From Psilocybe cubensis (lineage: Eukaryota): DNA of 64,000 bases. Shown here one piece after another: positions 26,601 to 38,572 of this stretch (within the stretch, counting starts at the first letter, position 1; the number at the start of each line of letters is the position of its first letter). The position numbers and the translations under genes are program-made. Where the stretch lies: assembly GCA_017499595.2 (NCBI GenBank), contig CM039000.1:4030001-4094000 (forward strand). Reading direction: 5' to 3'. Under the pieces are notes generated by a model, which worked only from the letters and a program-made list of their open reading frames with translations, did no database searches and was not told where the DNA came from.

Positions 26601-28124
26601 TTTTGACTTGAGTACTGAGGCGGCTGCTCTTCGGGCTACATCTGGTAGCTGGAAGTATAGTACCCCCGTCCCATTTGGTGATATGTCGTGGGGACTCGTA
26701 GCTACAGAGGGGGCATTTTTAGATATCCATATCGATGCCAATGGTTTCTGTTCCTTCATCCAACCTCTTCATGGACTGAAGCTGTGGATTATCATGTATC
26801 CCAGACGGTTGGATGTTGACCTTTCTTCTGACCGCCGTGTATTTCTGGGAGACAAGCTGGATTACGGGAAACGCACCACCAAGACTGGATTTACGAGGCG
26901 ATTGTTCTCGATAACCAGTCAGAACTGTATGTGATTTTTGAATGTCCTACCCATTTGATTATATTGACGCTACTTTGAAAAACAGCTTCATGAGACCGAA
27001 TACTCTACATATGGCGTATTCTATCTCCTCAGTGGTTTGCCGTGGCGGACATTTTTACTCCTCCACTTCCTTCGAAGAAACCCTGACAGGAATCATTCAC
27101 TGTTTTACCGCTGGATACAGGGCAACGAATACGAATCATTCAACGTCCCGATTTTTCCTGCAGCAAACCATACATTGGTTCTACAAGGTTTTGGTTGAAG
27201 GTGACAGCGACCCAGAAGGTATGAGGTTTTTTACCGTTTCCTACAAGATATCTGATTCTTTTCTTCTATTTTCTCTCAGATTTTTATGAAATGTACCATG
27301 TCCCATTCTACAGTACGCAGTCCGGATACTCGAGCTTGATAGCTCTGTGCGTGTGCATGATCTTGGCAAATGCGCTCGACTACGAGACCTATCGAAATCC
27401 CGATCAGATGTTCTCCACCAAGACTTCGGCACAGTTAGACGCATGGATGCGGTGGGATACCAACAGCCTGAGCGACGAAGAGCGCAAGGCGTGCATTTTT
27501 GCCCGTGGCGAAGCCTTGGCTATTCTAGAGTGGCTATGTCATCGCACGAAGTCCATCCACTACATGATTGAGACGGACAAAAACAAGGATGCACAAAATA
27601 TCATGGCGACAGAAAAGTTCCATGAAATGATACTTTGCCGCTATGCCCGTATGATTCTAGCCTACGACGCAGAAGCCAAACATAACAACATTGGTGGTGC
27701 CCCTTGCTGTACCGACACCAGTTTGCTTTTTGTCCAGCTTCAGGGCGTCTGCAGCGGAGAATTGAACAAGGTTATATGTCGCAGTATCGACCAGCTTCCT
27801 CGTTCCTCGGTCCCAAAGATGCTCAATTTACCCGTAATCACTCTCATTGACTGTGATGCCTGTGCGGATTCCTCAACGCAATTGAGTAGGTGGACCAGTG
27901 TCTGCCTTTGGATATTGACTAACCACGTCACAAACTAGGAACTCCCAAGGAGATTCTGGAACTTGGTACGAGTGTGAGGGATAAACTGTATCTGGATGGC
28001 ATGAAAGTCAAGCTGGAGAGCACAAATCCGAGTACGTGTGTTCGATTATGCCTTTACGTCGCAAATGCTTATCTCTTCATCAGAATCAGAGTCTGTTCCG
28101 CCTTCTAAACGACGGCGACTTTGA
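23644..28124 (+). CDS. Large multi-exon JmjC-like 2OG/Fe(II) dioxygenase with an acidic linker; apparent frameshifts; 5' end uncertain
   Basis: WGLVATEGAFLDIHIDANGFCSFIQPLHGLKLW...EAIVL...FMRPNTLHMAY...GGHFY gives HxD...K...H cupin ligands. One-base frameshifts appear at ~24475 and ~26868. Ends PPSKRRRL. Confidence 0.7.
25053..25238 (+). repeat. 93-bp (31-aa) tandem duplication inside the JmjC-like gene
   Basis: Two copies start at 25053 and 25146 and differ at 4 positions. Confidence 0.9.
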
Positions 28125-28595
28125 TATTGTACAACACATTGACACACATCTTGATTTACATACATGCCATGTTTTATTTAGTACTGAAAGGCGTGTATGT
28201 CCTGTAACATAATGACGATTGTTTTATTATCTGTAGTTGTGTGCTGCTCGTATCGCCAGACCAATACGCAAATTCTTGCTGGGATGAAAGCTTCTGGCTT
28301 TACTGTAACTGCTGTGCGTTTGAATTTATCATCAAGGTCAATGAAATCAACTAACTTACGTTTGTTGATGCTTCTTCCACCCACTTCAAAAAATGTGTTA
28401 GTGTCTTTGTTCTGGTGCGTATATACAGTAAAGCTCTTCCGAAGCCCTCCTTGGATTGTACTACGGATTGGTTGAATACTAACCCATGTGAAATTTGTTT
28501 GTATTAACGGAGACATAATCAGATAACATTTATAGACCCACTGCACGTTACTGAACATTACATTATCAGTTTTTTTTTCGTATCTTCGCTTTTGT

Positions 28596-31500
28596 ATGAG
28601 TCGTTGTTTCAACATGGGAAAGGGCAAGGGCAAGAGAACTCAGGAAATCTGTGTGCGTTGTCCTCGATGCAACAAGCCATTCGCTAAGCATGCAGATGTC
28701 CAAAATCACATCAATCAACCAAAATCGGCATGTCGTTTTCAATATGAGAACGTTATGCATTTTCAGTCCAATCGTTCAAGCTCTACATCTAGATCAGCAA
28801 CCCCCGTATCTCGAGACCCTTCTCCCGAAATTGGTAATTTTATGGAAGTGGACTATATCGACAATTTTCTTGGCGCGTCATCAGAGATGGAAGATGACCC
28901 ACCCCCCAAGGCATCAAAATACAACTATCCGTACGTGAAGGAGGATTATAACGGGGCTGGAAGAGCATTTGGAACAGGCCTTACATTCATGGATCAGCTC
29001 AAACAGGATCAATTCGAACCCCAGCGGGCGGAAAATTTGTACTATCCTTTTGCCTCGAAAGATGAATGGGAGCTCTCCCTGTTCCTACTTCGCTCTGACA
29101 TGAGCGTAGGAATGCTGAATGATTTTTTGAAACTTGAACTGGTAATTGAGCGTACATTCCCATCATTATTTATTTCAGCTGAGTCGATCCCGTATAGATA
29201 AAAAAACTCAACTTGTCCTACAAGTCGGCAAAAGATCTATGCAACCGGGCAGAGATCCTTCCCTCTGGTCCGCAGTGGAAGAGTCAAACGATCATACCAG
29301 AAATACCAAGCAAAAATCAGCTAACGCTTTTTTACCGCGATGGATTGGAATGTATCAAGGCGCTTCTCATCAGTCCCTTGCTCCAAGATAGCATGCACTT
29401 TAGCCCATTCAAGCTCTTCGACAAGTGCAACGAGATGATGCGGGTATACACTGAGTGGTTTAGCGGTGACATTGCGCATTTTATGCAGGTTAGTAGCAAT
29501 GCCTTTGTCCAAGTTTGACGACAGTATAACAAGGTTCCCAAGGACCAGCTCCCAAAAGGAGCAACACTTGTACCTCCTATTATTTCCACGGATAAAACCA
29601 ACATTTCCAACATGACCGGAGGCCGTGTCGCCTACCCTGGCCTTATCAGCATTGCCAACATAATGATGAACGTTAGAAACAAATCGTCAAATCATTTATT
29701 CCTTCTTTTTGTTCTTCTTCCCATACCAAAGTTTCTTCATCGCTCCAAAGCTGTGAATGGGATGATGGCAGCACGGCTATATCACCAGTGCATGGACATT
29801 GCTCTAGAATCGGTCAAACAAACTGCGAGGGTGGGAACCACCATGGCAGATGCATTGGGGAATAATCGTTTCTGCTTTACACCGCTTGCTGCCCTTATCG
29901 TTGATACTCCAGAATCTGCTCTGGCGGCTTGCGTCGCAGGATCCACATCCTCTGTGACGTTGGCACAATACGAGACGTTTGGGGATTCCTTTCGCCACCC
30001 TTCCCGAACTGCAGATCATACAATCAACACCATCATGGCCATCAACAATGTTAAGCCCCCTAATCATCTCGAACCATATCTAAAAGAAAGCAAAAAGCAC
30101 CGTCTCAATGGGGTTCACCTACCGTTTTGGAGAGATTGGCCCTTGTCTGATCCTTCTGCATTCCTTACGCCTGAACCCCTTCATCACTGGCACAAGATGT
30201 TCTGGGATCATGATGCAAAATGGTGCATTGCTGCAGTCGGAGGTTCCGAATTGGATTTTCGATTTTCAATTTTACAGCACCGCACTGGTTTCCGACACTT
30301 CAAGGAAGGGATTTCTTCCTTGAAACAAGTGACCGGTAGGGAACATCGGGACGTTCAGCGATACATTGTTGCTCTCATTGCAGACACAGTCAGTACACCC
30401 TTTATCTTAGCCATCCGGTCTCTGATGGACTTTCGGTATCTCGCACAATCTCAAACAATCTCCGAGGCAATGTGTCTCAGAATTGAGCAGGCACTGCAAG
30501 ATTTCCATGCCAATAAACAAGCCATCCTTGACGCGGGAGCACGTCGAGGTAAAAAAAACAACCCAATCGATAATTTCTATATTCCAAAACTCGAGTTTTT
30601 GCAAAGTGTAGTACACGCAATTAGACTAAATGGATGTGCAATCCAATGGTCTGCAGACACGACAGAGCATGCACATATCGAGGTGGTCAAAGCCCCTTCC
30701 AGTTCCAGCAATAATCAAAGATACGAGCCTCAAGTTTGTCGATACCTTGATCGTCGTGACAAATTGCGCAATTTCGATTTGTTTACAGCTATACGAGAAA
30801 TGAGGATCGATTTTCGGGCTATACACTCTGCAACAATTACGGATGAGGAGGAGCAGGAGGAGGGGGATGAGGGGGAGGAAAACGGCGAGGTTGTGATGGA
30901 CACAACGTCAGAACTTCTTTCAACAATCATGCCGATGACAACCTTTCAATCAGCAAAGTCCAATCGCATTGTGGATTACTTCTACAAAGCTAGTCTCTAT
31001 GAGCGTGGCGTATTGGAAGGCCCAGTCCCCTACAGAACATTTTCTTGCAGCAAAAACGTTGTTGCCCATTTATCTAGGGATGCTAGTTCCAAAAGATTGC
31101 ATATCGACGAGGTTGCGAGCATTTTTAAAATTCCCGACCTACGACCAGCAATTGCCGATTATGTGTCACTCATCAATAAGGAATCAAATCCGAGACAGAC
31201 CAATTCTCGAGGTTATCACATCAAGGGGATAACTGGCAGGCGTGTTTCTCCTCCCGGTTGTCTGTTGCCGTATTCAAAACTTGAGGTATGGCATAAGGTC
31301 CGTATACAGTCGACTGCGTACCAATACCCTCATGAGATCCTGGAGGCAGTCACACTTAATGCATATCCGCCATCTAACAAACATCCTTTTGGATACTTTG
31401 ATTCAGCAATCATAAACGTGGATGAATCTGAGGAGTGGCCTCGCAGCGGGCTTCAAGGTAGTACTTCTTTGTGACTTTTTTCCGAACCCCGTTGACCAGC

Positions 31501-31900
31501 CAATATTGTAGGCCATTCTGTCGTCGACATTCGTATTATTTTTCGCATTGTCGGAGAGACACCCAGTACTGTGTCTCCCGATATTACTAGAAGATTTCTC
31601 GCATACGTCCAACGTTTTGAGGTTTTAAATCAGCCACAGTCTCTAGGTTCTGCGATCCGTGGACCTTACCCAGAGCCAATAACCGGCATGTATAAATTAA
31701 AACGAAGTCAACGTACAGATAACACCATTATGGGTGGAATTTTACCATTGAATCAAATACGCTCCCTGGTTGATCTGGTCCCTCAGATGGGCGAGAAGGC
31801 AAGGCGAAGCCTTACTACACATAACAGTCATTCCACTAGCACCGAGTTCCGATTAAACAAATATTTTGACAAAGAACTCTATTTGGCCCTGTCATCATAA
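28596..31900 (+). CDS. Plavaka transposase of the inner element (multi-exon, apparently intact)
   Basis: N-terminal C2H2 finger (CPRC..F..HADVQNH), YYPFASKDEWEL, LFYRD, ISTDKT, DTPE, PEPLHHWHK, GFRHFKEGIS, QVTGREH, PKLE, DTTEHAHI and a terminal LNKYFDKELY. Confidence 0.92.
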
Positions 31901-32039
31901 CATATCCACCTCAGGAAACCCACAAAGTTTTCAATCCCTAATGCACATTGCCACTCAAATTATCACCCAACACGCCGGCCTCGTTGTACACAAAGACGAC
32001 TCGGATCAATATCAACAGCCGCTTCTCACCAGTCCCGCT

Positions 32040-32770
32040 TTCTCACACTGTATCATCGTCACCTACTGCATATCCCTCCATCCATCTCATCTCTGCAGAA
32101 TCAAGTCGTTCTCGCTCATCTTCCGCTCACCACCGCCCAAACTCCAAAGGATTCTTCCCAGAGTGCCTCTTCCTCTAAACAAAAATTCGCCTCCAGTCTT
32201 GTCGGTCCGTCCTGTCCTCAATTAGCGCCCATCTTGCCGGAGATACTCACTTTATTTTTTCAATTCCATTGCAGATTAAGCTGTCAGCACCTTATCTGAG
32301 ATCTGGCGCCCTCAAGACATTCCCTCCCTATTTCTACCCACTGAAGTCCTTTGAGGATTGAGGACATCTGGAAACATACTGCAGACAGCACTATGTTATC
32401 TCGAAGCCATTCGTCCCAAGGTTCCCAAAATTTGCAAGAGGAAAGCATTGGCCTCTCTCCCACAATCCATACCTGCCATGCCTCTGTATCATTACCTACT
32501 GAATACCCCTCCATCCGTCTCATTTCTGCAGAATCAAGTCGTTCTCACTCATCTATTCCACCCACCACTGCGCAAATTCCAAAGGATTCTTCCCAGAGCG
32601 CCTCTTCTTCTAAACAAAAATTTTTTTCAAGGCTTGCCGGTCCGTCCTGTCCTCAATTAGCGCCCACCTTGCCGGAGATACTCACTTTATTTTTTAAATT
32701 CCATTGCAGATCAAGCTGTCAGCACCTTGTCCGAGATCTGGCACCCTCAGGATATTCCTTCCGTGTTCCT
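32040..32770 (+). repeat. Partial tandem duplication of the 5' part of the cyclin gene
   Basis: ~32060-32330 matches ~32495-32770, including the intron GTCCGTCCTG...TTGCAG. ~32345-32460 matches ~32991-33110. Confidence 0.8.
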
Positions 32771-33584
32771 ACCCCCCGCCAAAGTAGGGGGTAGCTCTTT
32801 TCCTCCTACTCATTCCCGTCCAACTTCCAAGCAGATCTCTTCCGATTTGCAATCCATAGCGTCTCATACACATCCAATACATCCACACAACAGTCATCCC
32901 TCCGTATCCGGCCATAACCCTTCCCCGACCCTCTTGCTTGCCTCGGGCACCAAATCCGATCAGATATTACCCCTCAAGTCTTTTGTTTATAAAGTCCTTC
33001 GCCACTCAAGGACATCTAAAAACGTACTGCAGATAGCACTATGTTATCTAGAATCCATTCGTCCCAAGGTCCCACAGATTTTGCAAGAGGAAAACATCGG
33101 CATTTGCTCTTATGCTCAGCCCAAAAGCAGTATTCAGAAAGCTACCCCAGAAGAGCTGGCGATGGATGCTGAGCTTACTGCTCTTGAGAACTCCGGCAAG
33201 ATCAACATCATCAATAATTTCATTGACAATTCTATGCAAACATTCCGTGTTGCCGATTCTGGTTCACAAGATCTGGCTGAATCGTGCATCTATCCACAAG
33301 ACTCTCTGTCCAGCGTAGATGTGCAGGTCTCAACGGCTCCTCTTTCCACCACCCTTTCTTTGCCATCTCCCCTCCTGTGTCCCCGTAGAGCCTTTCTGGC
33401 ATCCCTCATCCTGGCCTCCAAATTTTCACAAGAAAAGTGTTATTCTAACCGTGCTTGGGCAAGGTTATCTGGTCTCCCACCTCGTGAAATTGGTCGCTGC
33501 GAACGTGCCCTCGCACAAGCCTTGCAATGGCGACTCTGGGTCGGCAAATGCGCCTTTGGTGAGAGTGCTGCAACTGCCACATAG
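32478..33584 (+). CDS. Pho85-type (Pcl/Clg1-like) cyclin carried by the inner element; start region looks damaged
   Basis: DQAVSTLSEIWHPQDIP...LKSFVYKVLRHSRTSKNVLQIALCYL...LLCPRRAFLASLILASKFSQEKCYSNRAWARLSGLPPREIGRCERAL..L.WRL is a cyclin box. The nearest ATG (~32478) is out of frame with exon 1. Confidence 0.8.
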
Positions 33585-33828
33585 TCTCAATAAGTTTCAA
33601 CTTTCACGACCGCGCCATGTAGTACGCATTCTCAATAATCACTCTTTTGCTTGCCACCACTACGCGCGCTCCTCCCGCATTCAGTTAGATAGGCATCTTC
33701 TTAGACTAGCCTAGAAAAATCTATAGAACTTTGTTTTACGTATACAGAACCCCTGAAGAATTTTTATACCCGCGAAGTTTGTTTTCAGCTTGAATTCCAA
33801 CTACGACAAAGTGAGCGTATCACACACC

Positions 33829-34379
33829 ATGCAAATCATCAGCTATGAGGAAATTTTACAAATCGAAGCAGAAGTATTGGCCCCTACTTTCCCAGATCTA
33901 ATACATCCTACAACTTTCCCAGAGGCCGCCTCACTTGCTTCTCAAAGACAGCAATACGACTTGGAAATGGCTCAGTTAGTTGAGCAGACCCAAAAAATGG
34001 TCCTTTTGACCGAGAACAGGCTGATACTGGCCATCCTGGCCCTTTTCAACGAAATTAACTGGACCACCCTGGACCCAAGGTTACTATCGTTGGCTAAAGC
34101 CAAGATTACCGAGGGTGACCAGTGGCTCAAAGCACGAGCCGTGAGTTTTCTGTTTCTTCAAGTTTCAAGTTGATACTCTTGCTTAAGATAACTAGGAGGA
34201 GACACTTCGGGATGCAGACTCAGGCAGCCCCGAGCACATATTGACCCAAGGGATGTCCATTATAGCCAACGGCCAGATTCATATTCGAACGGTAGAGGTG
34301 AGTCACAGTGATAACTACTTTGTTTCTACACTTTCTTAGTAATGGGCAGGATCTCATACGAGAATGTCAGGATCATTAA
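33829..34379 (+). CDS. Small helical hypothetical protein of the inner element
   Basis: ORF 33790..34173 followed by GTGAGT donors at 34141 and ~34298 and short downstream exons. Confidence 0.5.
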
Positions 34380-34692
34380 TAGGGTCAAGATACTACATTG
34401 TAAATAGACACTTAATTGCCTTTAAAAATGTACATTTTATTGCTTGATATGATTGAAGAGCTTTACTGAGACCAATCACATTGGACATCAAACTCTCCTA
34501 AGTCTGGAATCGTACATAGAGATAGCTAGGAAAATCCAAAGCTCGCAGTAGTAATGTTGGAATGCTACAGAGCTCAACGGAGCATCCCGCCGATGACACA
34601 TGACGCTATACTGTCTACAGCCCACTTTGATGCTACATCCGGTTGGCAGGACAATACGTTGAGTTACCTCCGAAAATCCGGATTTACTGATG

Positions 34693-37423
34693 TGCTTCAA
34701 TTGCCAGTGGAACACCACGTACTAAGGAAAAATTAATTGAATATATGCGCTAAAAAGGTTTAGGATAACATACCATGAGATTTTGCAAGTGTAATCTCAG
34801 ATTGCGATTCTGGCTCAAAAACCTCGCCACACTCTTCAGTTGACGCTCTCCTTGGTGGCTCGGGAGGTGTATCTTTCAATATAGTTACGGGAATGTGGGG
34901 CCCCGAGATACCATTCAGCATATTGTGTTCGGTAAAAAAGACCCTTGCCGCCAAAAGTTTCTCGACACGTTGATTTGTTACAAGCATTTGACCAAGTGCC
35001 TTATAGCGACTGGACCGCCGATAAGGTTTTTTGACAGCTTTGATGTGTTTGTTCTCTGTGATTGACGAGCAAAGACCGTTTGGTGCTCCAAAAAGTCGGA
35101 TTAACATAGGGTAATGAGCAAGGGAATGCTGCCGTGGGAGTGAAAATCCTTCAGGTCGCACATTCAGGTCTCGAAAAATTTCACGATGGCAATGAAAGCG
35201 TGATAAAGCGACCTCTATTTGATCCAGTGTATCGTCGTCGATGGCATTACGTCGCACCAGGTAACAGAAGTCAAGAAACGCGGCTACAGCCTGAACCATT
35301 TGGTCTGGAACATGGCCTGCAATAGCGGGCAAATACACCTGATAGATTCGGCTGAGATATCATAACTTTGGTTGGGGTTTTAATCACAAACCTTCATTAA
35401 ACCCTTTGAATCATCGCCAGTCCACTGTTTGAATCCGCGTCCTTGATGAAAGTGTTGAAGACCAGGAAAAGAAGGCGCAAGTACAATGCTACCAGGAAAA
35501 TTGATGTCAGCATTGAATCAGTGGCTCTAGGACCAGCCGGAAATATATACCGTCGATCAATATCAGCTAAAATCTTCTTTGCAATTGGCGGATCATGATG
35601 TTGATTGATGTACTGTGTGACCCAGTCCACCAAATGGTCTTTGAAGGTTCCTTTGATAATTTGATGAAGTAGATCGGGGGCGAGAAGTTCGTGTATATCA
35701 GCTCGGGGGAATGATGAAGTAAATGGCTAACAACAGGTCGTGGAGTTAGCAACACAATTTCCGAAACAGTATGCTGAAAATTTTACTCACAAATAAGTCG
35801 CCAACTATGCCATAATCATCCCACAATTCTATCAATGTACATCCGTCTACTAGGGCTTCTGTATGCACCTGTGATCGCCGAGGACTAGGTGCATCGAGGT
35901 TATCAGGATGAGATGTACATCTGCAATTTAAGATCATTAGCCACAAGCGGTAATTGTAATTTTGAATTAAAACCTGCCTTGGACACCATCCTTGAACAAT
36001 GCATGCAAGCAATGCTTGCTCAGGATAATCTGCAATGTAAGGGCCAATTCCATATATAATACGACGGTAATGGCCATCTCCACACATGGTTACACGTGGC
36101 GTAGACATGTAAGGCCGAAGCGATGATAAAATGTGTTCGAGAGACGTATGGAACAGTTGCCGGCGAAACTTGCGGAAGTCGGCTCTATCGCTGTATTCTT
36201 GTGATGCTTTAAAAGAGACCATGTAAGCCAACAAGTAAAATTAGTAACCGAGAGGAGCTTACTTTTGGGAATGGCCAGAAATCCGACCAGCGAGACTGCA
36301 TTTTTGTGAGCTCGTCGCATCTTGTTATGGATATTTCCTAATGACATGTAGAGAGGATAAAAATCATTTTGTCCCGTAGCTACAGACACTGTGGTCTTGT
36401 CGCTTCCGATGATGACCGGGCAGAACATGGATCCATGACATTTGATGTCTTGGGCGATTTTGTTCTGTACAAAAAACAATGATAAGAAAATAAGCACAAC
36501 AAAGAATAACAAGTCACGCACTGCCTGCAGCCATGCCCATTGTCCCGACATAAGATTCCGGTATCTGCGTTTACCATTCCAATAATATCGCTTTGGGGCA
36601 TAATCAATGTTTCCCACATAAGTTGGGTTGCCAATTTGTTGCTCTAGAACGTCAAGTGGATTGCGAAACCAAACTTCATATTTTTGTGTCATCCACTCGG
36701 GAATTGGACCATCTTTTGGTAGCTTGCCGTTGTAGGTTACAGAAAATGAGGTCCATGGAATGTTGCCTTGTTTGATGCTATCAATACAAGCATACATATC
36801 AGAGTGATTTGCAAACGGTGGGTCTTGATCAGGATAATTAGCACCTAAAATTTGTGACAGGCGATCTATCCTGCCTGCTGACATCTCCTCCTCGACAAAA
36901 AGAAATTCAGCCATTTCAAATTCTGTCCGAGTTGCAAAGGGTGTAAAGTCCTCCTTGTTGTGAGGCGCAGCAGGTTGTGGCTTTGTATTTGGGGGAAGAT
37001 AGTGACCCGCAGAATCACACGGTCTTCCTAGACATACATTAGCTATAATTTGTGAAAAAAAGAGCCTCGAAAACACCAACCATCAATTGTCGGGTGGGTA
37101 TCTATATGTGAAGTAGGCACTGGATTTGGACCACTCGGATTTGATTTTGGCGATCCAGATGGTGTTTGGCGAGGTGAGCGACGAGGCGAAAAGTTGTTAG
37201 ACCACGGCTGTGGACTTGGAGAGGGAGAACGAGAGGATGGTAATTGCGGCAAGAAAGACTGTGCATGCAGAAGTGCAGACTGCACGTCCAGAGCAGCAGG
37301 AGTAACATGTTTTCTGTCATAATGTTGTTGTATGCCCCATGATGTTGTCGAGGTTTTGAGACATCCACTGTATGAGCAATGAAACGTAGCTGCCCGGAAT
37401 TTCTTGCGAGTTCTTGAAGACAT
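34693..37423 (-). CDS. Plavaka transposase of the outer element, N-terminal and catalytic part, interrupted at 34692
   Basis: C2H2-like start (CSYSGC...QQHYDRKH), PFATRTEFEMAE, VWFRNP, GSDKTTVSVATGQ, CGDGHYRR..YGIGPYIADYPEQ, PDLLHQIIKG.FKDHL, SLPRQHSL.HY and APNGLCSSITENKHIKAVK. Confidence 0.92.
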
Positions 37424-37535
37424 GGAGGTTTTGAGTCAGTCGTGCAAAAAACTCAGCATCAGAATCAGTGTTACAGCGACACGGCGCTGCATGTCACACT
37501 GCATTTGATTTCTTACCGTCAAAGTACAACATACT

Positions 37536-38303
37536 ATGCCTCCATACAACGACTGGAATACTCTCGACGGATATGTATCCAATTCCGAGGAGGACAGGTC
37601 AGAAAATGGAAGTTTGGACTGGCATTACAACTACCAACAAGAACATGAAGAGGACAATTACTATATGCCTTTCAGACCCATGATCCCTCCTCTTTCGCCT
37701 CATCCCAAAATGAAAGCCAGCATGGATGCCATAGAAGTTTCGGATTACAAGGACGGAATTGCAACCATGGCGGAACAGGCATTTAAGGGGGAGTTTGAGC
37801 GTGTTGTACAGCTATCAGCAAATCCGAAGGTAAGTATATGAAGTCACACAGCCAGAGCGTTGAAAACTCACTATATGGCGCTTCAGTATAGCAAAAAAAA
37901 TCCACCCGTATTCAAAAGGCAGCATCCTGATGAGCCTGGAAGCTATGCACAGCTGCGCGCGGGCATGCAAGCCACCCAAATTGAGCAGACTATTTGTCTG
38001 TATCGCGCTATCCTGAATCAAAAACGAAAACGCCTCATTAAATATACAAAAAGTCCTCGCCTTTTTGAGTGCGTTATGCTCAATCACAAGGCGGGCAATG
38101 GCTCAAAACTCAGGATAGCATTGTCACCTATTCGGGCGGGAGTTCGAAGGGCGCATCTAGCTCAGGAAATTCGCATTTTTGAAATGATGATATTGCGAAG
38201 GAAGGCTTACTTATTGGGTCTGCTAAGCATTTCTCTAGGCGGCGGAGAAGCTAATGACCCCAAAATACGACGAGTCAACGGTCCTTGTTTAAATATTTTT
38301 TAA
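37536..38303 (+). CDS. Small hypothetical protein of the outer element, divergent from the transposase
   Basis: ORFs 37536..37841 and 37860..38303 are joinable by an intron (GTAAGT at ~37830). No domain recognised. Confidence 0.5.
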
Positions 38304-38426
38304 AAACTAGATTGCAATGTAACTATCATTAGTTTACAGCCAAAAGAATTACTAGATTGCTTGCCATGTCGGTGAACTTGAGCAAAAACATTGTTGCGAG
38401 TGCCATGTTTGAATGTTCAGCAACGA

Positions 38427-38503
38427 CCTGAAAAAAAAACAACGACAAATGCTACAACAAACCCATCTGAAAAAAAAACAACGACAAATGCTACAACAAA
38501 CCA
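38427..38503. repeat. ~39-bp tandem duplication (CTGAAAAAAAAAACAACGACAAATGCTACAACAAACC x2)
   Basis: Visible directly, just upstream of the ATG at 38573. Confidence 0.8.
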
Positions 38504-38572
38504 AACATGGTCTCTAAAATTTGAATCACTCACATTGCAAATGACATCCTCATATCTCAAAGCACCTTTCAG

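Larger units (their letters stand above)
16156..34692. mobile_element. Inner cargo-carrying Plavaka-type transposon (18.5 kb), nested in the outer transposase
   Basis: Left end CATCAGCAATACCGG and right end CCGGATTTACTGATG match 12/15 as inverted repeats. TG is duplicated at 16154-16155 and 34693-34694. Excision rejoins the outer transposase frame (IEA|FAF). Confidence 0.92.
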
